Assembly: GCA_050331235.1 (NCBI GenBank)
Contig: JBHJHA010000079.1
Span: 1 to 18,767 of the forward strand
Origin: Leptolyngbyaceae cyanobacterium
GTDB taxonomy: Bacteria; Cyanobacteriota; Cyanobacteriia; Phormidesmidales; Phormidesmidaceae
Direction: 5' to 3'
DNA length: 18,767 nucleotides
The position numbers were made by a program, and so were the translations under genes. The notes beneath the pieces are model-generated. The model ran no database searches. It was not told the DNA's origin and saw nothing but the letters and a program-made list of their open reading frames with translations. Below, one piece after another: positions 15,362 to 18,767 of the stretch; position 1 is the first letter of the stretch, and the number at the start of each line of letters is the position of its first letter.

Positions 15362-17842
15362 ATGTTTGAGCACTTCACCAATACTGCAATCGCCGTCATC
15401 ATGAAGGCCCAAGAAGAGGCCCGCCGATTGCAACATAATTTTGTCGGTACTGAGCAGCTGCTGTTAGGCTTGCTACGCGAGAATTCCAGCCTAGCTGCAG
15501 CAGTTCTAACCGAGTTTGGCATTAATCTTTCCGACGCCCGCAGTGAGGTCGAGGCGATTATCGGCCGCGGCAGTGGCAATCCGCCTTCTGAGGTTCCTTT
15601 TACTCCAAAAGTCAAGCAGGTTTTTGAGAGCGCTTTTCAAGAAGCTCGCAAGTTAGATGCCTCATACATCGAGCCTGAGCACCTGTTGCTGAGCCTAACT
15701 CAGAGCAAGGAAAGTGTGGCCTATCGCGTCATGGAAAACCTTGGAATTTCTCCCAGCAAAGTGCGGACGCGCTTGATCAAAGAGTTAGGAGAGGCAGCAG
15801 CTATTCCCGCAGGTGGCCGGTCTAGTCGTCGCAGTGTCGATCGCCGGCGTAAGAGCAGCGTCTTGGAAGAGTTCAGCACTGATCTGACGCAAAGAGCCGC
15901 TGAAGGCTTTCTCGACCCCGTCGTTGGTCGAGCTAAGGAGATTGAGCGAGTCGTACAGATTCTCGGTCGCCGCACCAAAAATAACCCCGTCTTAGTCGGT
16001 GAGCCCGGCGTGGGTAAAACCGCGATCGCTGAAGGCCTTGCTCAGCGCATCGTCAATCAAGACGTTCCGTCAACCCTGCTGGACAAGAAGATTTATGCGA
16101 TCGACATGGGTTTGCTAGTTTCCGGCACTCGCTTTCGCGGTGACTTTGAGGAGCGACTGACTCAGCTTCTGGAAGAGGTCAGGGGTGACGATGACATCGT
16201 GTTGGTCATTGATGAGATCCATACCTTGGTAGGGGCGGGCTCCCTCGAAGGTGGCATGGATGCCGCCAATATGCTCAAGCCGGCACTGGCCAGAGGGGAA
16301 CTGCAGTGCATTGGAGCAACAACCTTAGACGAATATCGCAAGCATATCGAGCGGGATGCCGCTTTAGAGCGCCGGTTTCAACCTGTGATGGTCGAGCCTC
16401 CCACTGTGCAAGATACGATTGAGATTCTGCAGGGGATTCGTAGTCGCTACGAGCAGTTTCACAATGTGCTGCTATCGGACGAAGCACTCGCCGCAGCGGC
16501 TGAACTCTCTGATCGTTACATCAGCGATCGTCATCTGCCGGATAAAGCGATTGACCTAATTGATGAGGCAGGCTCTCGCATCAAGTTACGCCACCAGACT
16601 AGCTATCCCTCGGCGGAAATTAAGCAGGAGCTCCGTCAGGTCAATCGTGACCTGGAGTCTGCGGTACGGTCCCAAGAATTTAGCCAAGCGGTGGAACTGC
16701 GCAATCGCAAACGCGAACTGCTGCGGGAAATTCAAGGACCCCAGCCCGAAGCTGCCGAAGCTCCTCCCATGACTCAACCGATTGTGAGTGAAGACGACAT
16801 TGCTGAAATTGTGGCGTCTTGGACCGGGGTACCGGTTACCCGCATGACTGAGTCAGAAGCAGTGCAACTCATGCATTTAGAAGAGACGCTGCATGAGCGG
16901 GTGATTGGTCAGCATGAGGCCGTGACTGCCGCTGCCCGTGCTATCCGTCGCTCTCGGGTCAAGCTAGCGAGCCCTGATCGTCCGATCGCGAGTCTGTTTT
17001 TCTCGGGTCCCACGGGTGTTGGTAAGACTGAACTGACGAAGGCGATCGCTGCGGCGCTATTTGGCTCCGACGACGCAATGATTAGCTTAGACATGTCGGA
17101 ATTCATGGAGAGCTACACGGTTTCCAAGCTGATCGGTTCTCCGCCTGGATTTGTTGGCTACGACGAAGGGGGTCAGCTAACCGAGGCAGTCCGCCGGAAA
17201 CCCTACACGGTTATCTTGCTGGATGAAATCGAAAAGGCTCACCCTGATGTCTTTAACATCTTGCTGCAGGTTCTTGACGATGGCCGTCTGTCCGACTCCA
17301 AGGGACGCTCTGTCAGCTTCAAAAATACACTGATTGTGATGACTTCAAACATTGGCTCACGAGTCATTGAAAAAGGTGGGGGTGGCATGGGCTTTGATAC
17401 TGCCTCGAGCGGTGACGAAGCCACATCTCGATATAACAATATTCGGAGTCTGGTGCAGGAGGAGATGAAGCAATATTTCCGACCTGAGCTGCTCAATCGC
17501 TTAGACGAAATCATTGTCTTCCGTCAGCTCACCAAGCCCGAAGTACAAGAGATCGCAGAGTTGATGCTGGCTGACGTGAATCAGCGTTTAGCTGATCGAC
17601 AAATCACGGTCACCCTGACCGCTGATTTTGAAAACCGGCTCATCGACGCTGGATACGATCAGCGCTATGGTGCTAGACCGATGCGCCGTGCCGTCGCTCG
17701 ACTCATTGAAGACGCCTTAGCCGAGGCAATTTTGGGAGGAGACATTCAAGACGGTGACCCGGTTTTGCTCGATGTGGATGAAGATGGCAACGTGCAGGTT
17801 CAGAAACAGCAGTTGCCTGCCTTTGCCGGCATGAATCGCTAG
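15362..17842 (+). CDS. clpC: ATP-dependent Clp protease ATP-binding subunit, ClpC-type (divergent paralogue)
   Basis: Double Clp-N repeat ([39 protein letters not shown]), NBD1 [13 protein letters not shown], short UVR-like middle domain ([20 protein letters not shown]), NBD2 [22 protein letters not shown] ClpP-docking loop and YGARPMRR. Confidence 0.93.
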   Translation: MFEHFTNTAIAVIMKAQEEARRLQHNFVGTEQLLLGLLRENSSLAAAVLTEFGINLSDARSEVEAIIGRGSGNPPSEVPFTPKVKQVFESAFQEARKLDASYIEPEHLLLSLTQSKESVAYRVMENLGISPSKVRTRLIKELGEAAAIPAGGRSSRRSVDRRRKSSVLEEFSTDLTQRAAEGFLDPVVGRAKEIERVVQILGRRTKNNPVLVGEPGVGKTAIAEGLAQRIVNQDVPSTLLDKKIYAIDMGLLVSGTRFRGDFEERLTQLLEEVRGDDDIVLVIDEIHTLVGAGSLEGGMDAANMLKPALARGELQCIGATTLDEYRKHIERDAALERRFQPVMVEPPTVQDTIEILQGIRSRYEQFHNVLLSDEALAAAAELSDRYISDRHLPDKAIDLIDEAGSRIKLRHQTSYPSAEIKQELRQVNRDLESAVRSQEFSQAVELRNRKRELLREIQGPQPEAAEAPPMTQPIVSEDDIAEIVASWTGVPVTRMTESEAVQLMHLEETLHERVIGQHEAVTAAARAIRRSRVKLASPDRPIASLFFSGPTGVGKTELTKAIAAALFGSDDAMISLDMSEFMESYTVSKLIGSPPGFVGYDEGGQLTEAVRRKPYTVILLDEIEKAHPDVFNILLQVLDDGRLSDSKGRSVSFKNTLIVMTSNIGSRVIEKGGGGMGFDTASSGDEATSRYNNIRSLVQEEMKQYFRPELLNRLDEIIVFRQLTKPEVQEIAELMLADVNQRLADRQITVTLTADFENRLIDAGYDQRYGARPMRRAVARLIEDALAEAILGGDIQDGDPVLLDVDEDGNVQVQKQQLPAFAGMNR

Positions 17843-17877
17843 CCAACCTTATTCTCTAGCGTTTATGTGATGCGCCG

Positions 17878-17919
17878 AAGCCCCTGTTAAAGTTCTCCAC
17901 AGCTTTAGCAGGGGCTTTT
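17878..17919 (+). terminator. Intrinsic terminator of clpC
   Basis: AAGCCCCTGTTAAAG-ttctccacag-CTTTAGCAGGGGCTT stem-loop ending in TTTT, 35 nt after the clpC stop. Confidence 0.8.
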
Positions 17920-17990
17920 CAATTAGAAGCAGCCAAAGCTATACCTCGGGTTTTGCCGCGATCACCCACCGCTTAACGTTCGATCGCGTT

Positions 17991-18338
17991 CTAATAGTCC
18001 AGCGTTAAGGTATTGAAGTCATCACCATTGTCTGCCACAGACGGTGCTGTAGGTGGATAGACAACACTATTAGGTTCTGACAACGATCGCGCTGGCTCCC
18101 GGCGAGCGTCGTTGGCGTGATGGGCCTGATGATCGAGGATGGCAATTTCCTGTTCCAAGGCTTGCAAACGAGTTTCGATGCGATCGCGGCGTTTTTCGAG
18201 ACTCGCCAACTCTTGATACAATCGCTTTTTTTCAATCGTGAGCTTGTATATAGCCAGGTAGCGGGATGACTCCGACTGCTGGCGAGGCATCGTGCTGATT
18301 TTGGGCTGAATACGGCTGGGAGGGCGAGAAAACGACAT
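17991..18338 (-). CDS. gvpV: Gas vesicle protein GvpV-like coiled-coil protein
   Basis: I recall PKISTMPRQQSE...YLAIYKLTIEKKRLYQEL followed by a coiled coil and a C-terminal FNTLTLDY from cyanobacterial GvpV-type proteins. The assignment is from memory only. Confidence 0.65.
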   Translation of the reverse strand: MSFSRPPSRIQPKISTMPRQQSESSRYLAIYKLTIEKKRLYQELASLEKRRDRIETRLQALEQEIAILDHQAHHANDARREPARSLSEPNSVVYPPTAPSVADNGDDFNTLTLDY

Positions 18339-18601
18339 GGCTTTATTCGGGTTGGGGCAACTGAGTCAATAGGATAATTGCAATCGGGCTCAAGACAGGC
18401 TTTGTCAGCAAAGATAGTTTGATGTGACCAGCAACCTTCCCTCAGTTGGGGAAATCCCTCTACCCTGCAATCCTGGCCACGGAGTCAAAGATGCGATGGC
18501 GGCGCGACGCTTACCCTTCAGATTACCCATCTGACTGACTCCCATATCTCAAGCGAGCAGATAGGCACATCACGCATCTCCGTGCTGTCAAGCTCTACGA
18601 G

Positions 18602-18767
18602 CAGGGCTGATTCACTGTGACGAGATAAAAATTATGCTGTAAGGCAACCTCTATCACCAGAGTTGCCATGAACCTCATCGAAGCCCTCCAGACTGTCCCG
18701 GATTATCGCCAGGCTCGTGGGAAACGTCATCCGTTATGGATCATTTTGGTGTTCATCGTGATGGGGA
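18602..18767 (+). mobile_element. Left end of an ISAs1-family insertion sequence (terminal repeat from 18602; transposase from ATG 18668), truncated by the window edge
   Basis: CAGGGCTGATTCA start typical of ISAs1/H-repeat ends. The ORF MNLIEALQTVPDYRQARGKRHPLWIILVFIVMG matches the V-x-D-x-R...G-x-R-H-x-L-x-x-I-L N-terminus of ISAs1 transposases. Confidence 0.85.

Larger units (their letters stand above)
278..18090. repeat. Dispersed HIP1 octamers (GCGATCGC) and near-matches
   Basis: Many copies, e.g. 278..285, 730..737, 3011..3018, 9856..9863, 9889..9896, 12661..12668 and 17042..17049. This is a hallmark of many cyanobacterial genomes. Confidence 0.9.

Noticed and set aside
18339..18601. 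Possible riboswitch or ncRNA upstream of the gvpV-like gene
   Set aside because: No recognisable aptamer consensus or strong stem seen on either strand.
1..18767. Whole window as a composite transposon bounded by IS elements
   Set aside because: The two elements belong to different families (IS982 and ISAs1), and the interior is mostly HIP1-rich, native-looking DNA.

Overview
Chromosomal window from a cyanobacterium (dense HIP1 GCGATCGC octamers, an hli gene, a GvpV-like gene), cut at both edges by insertion sequences: the 3' end of an IS982-family element on the left and the 5' end of an ISAs1-family element on the right. The left half is a minus-strand five-gene cluster: GMC oxidoreductase, an unknown WPHHFD-motif protein, a signal-peptide tandem VOC protein, an amylo-alpha-1,6-glucosidase (GDE-like) and an MGH1-like GH63 glucosidase. 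It is followed by a 46-aa high-light-inducible protein missing from the ORF track. The GH63 gene is one continuous 907-codon frame broken by two in-frame stops, both in a TTT-TAR context. The middle is an AT-rich segment holding an orphan ORF, a fatty-acid desaturase and a nested inverted-repeat leader. The right half carries a MOSC protein, an ABC-class ATPase of unknown function, two small hypothetical proteins, a divergent ClpC paralogue and a GvpV-like gene. I found no CRISPR array, RNA gene or clearly new system. The best leads are the glycoside-processing cluster, its double-stop GH63, the structured intergenic region and the HIP1-built hairpins at convergent gene ends. All family calls are from motif recognition by eye, not database searches.
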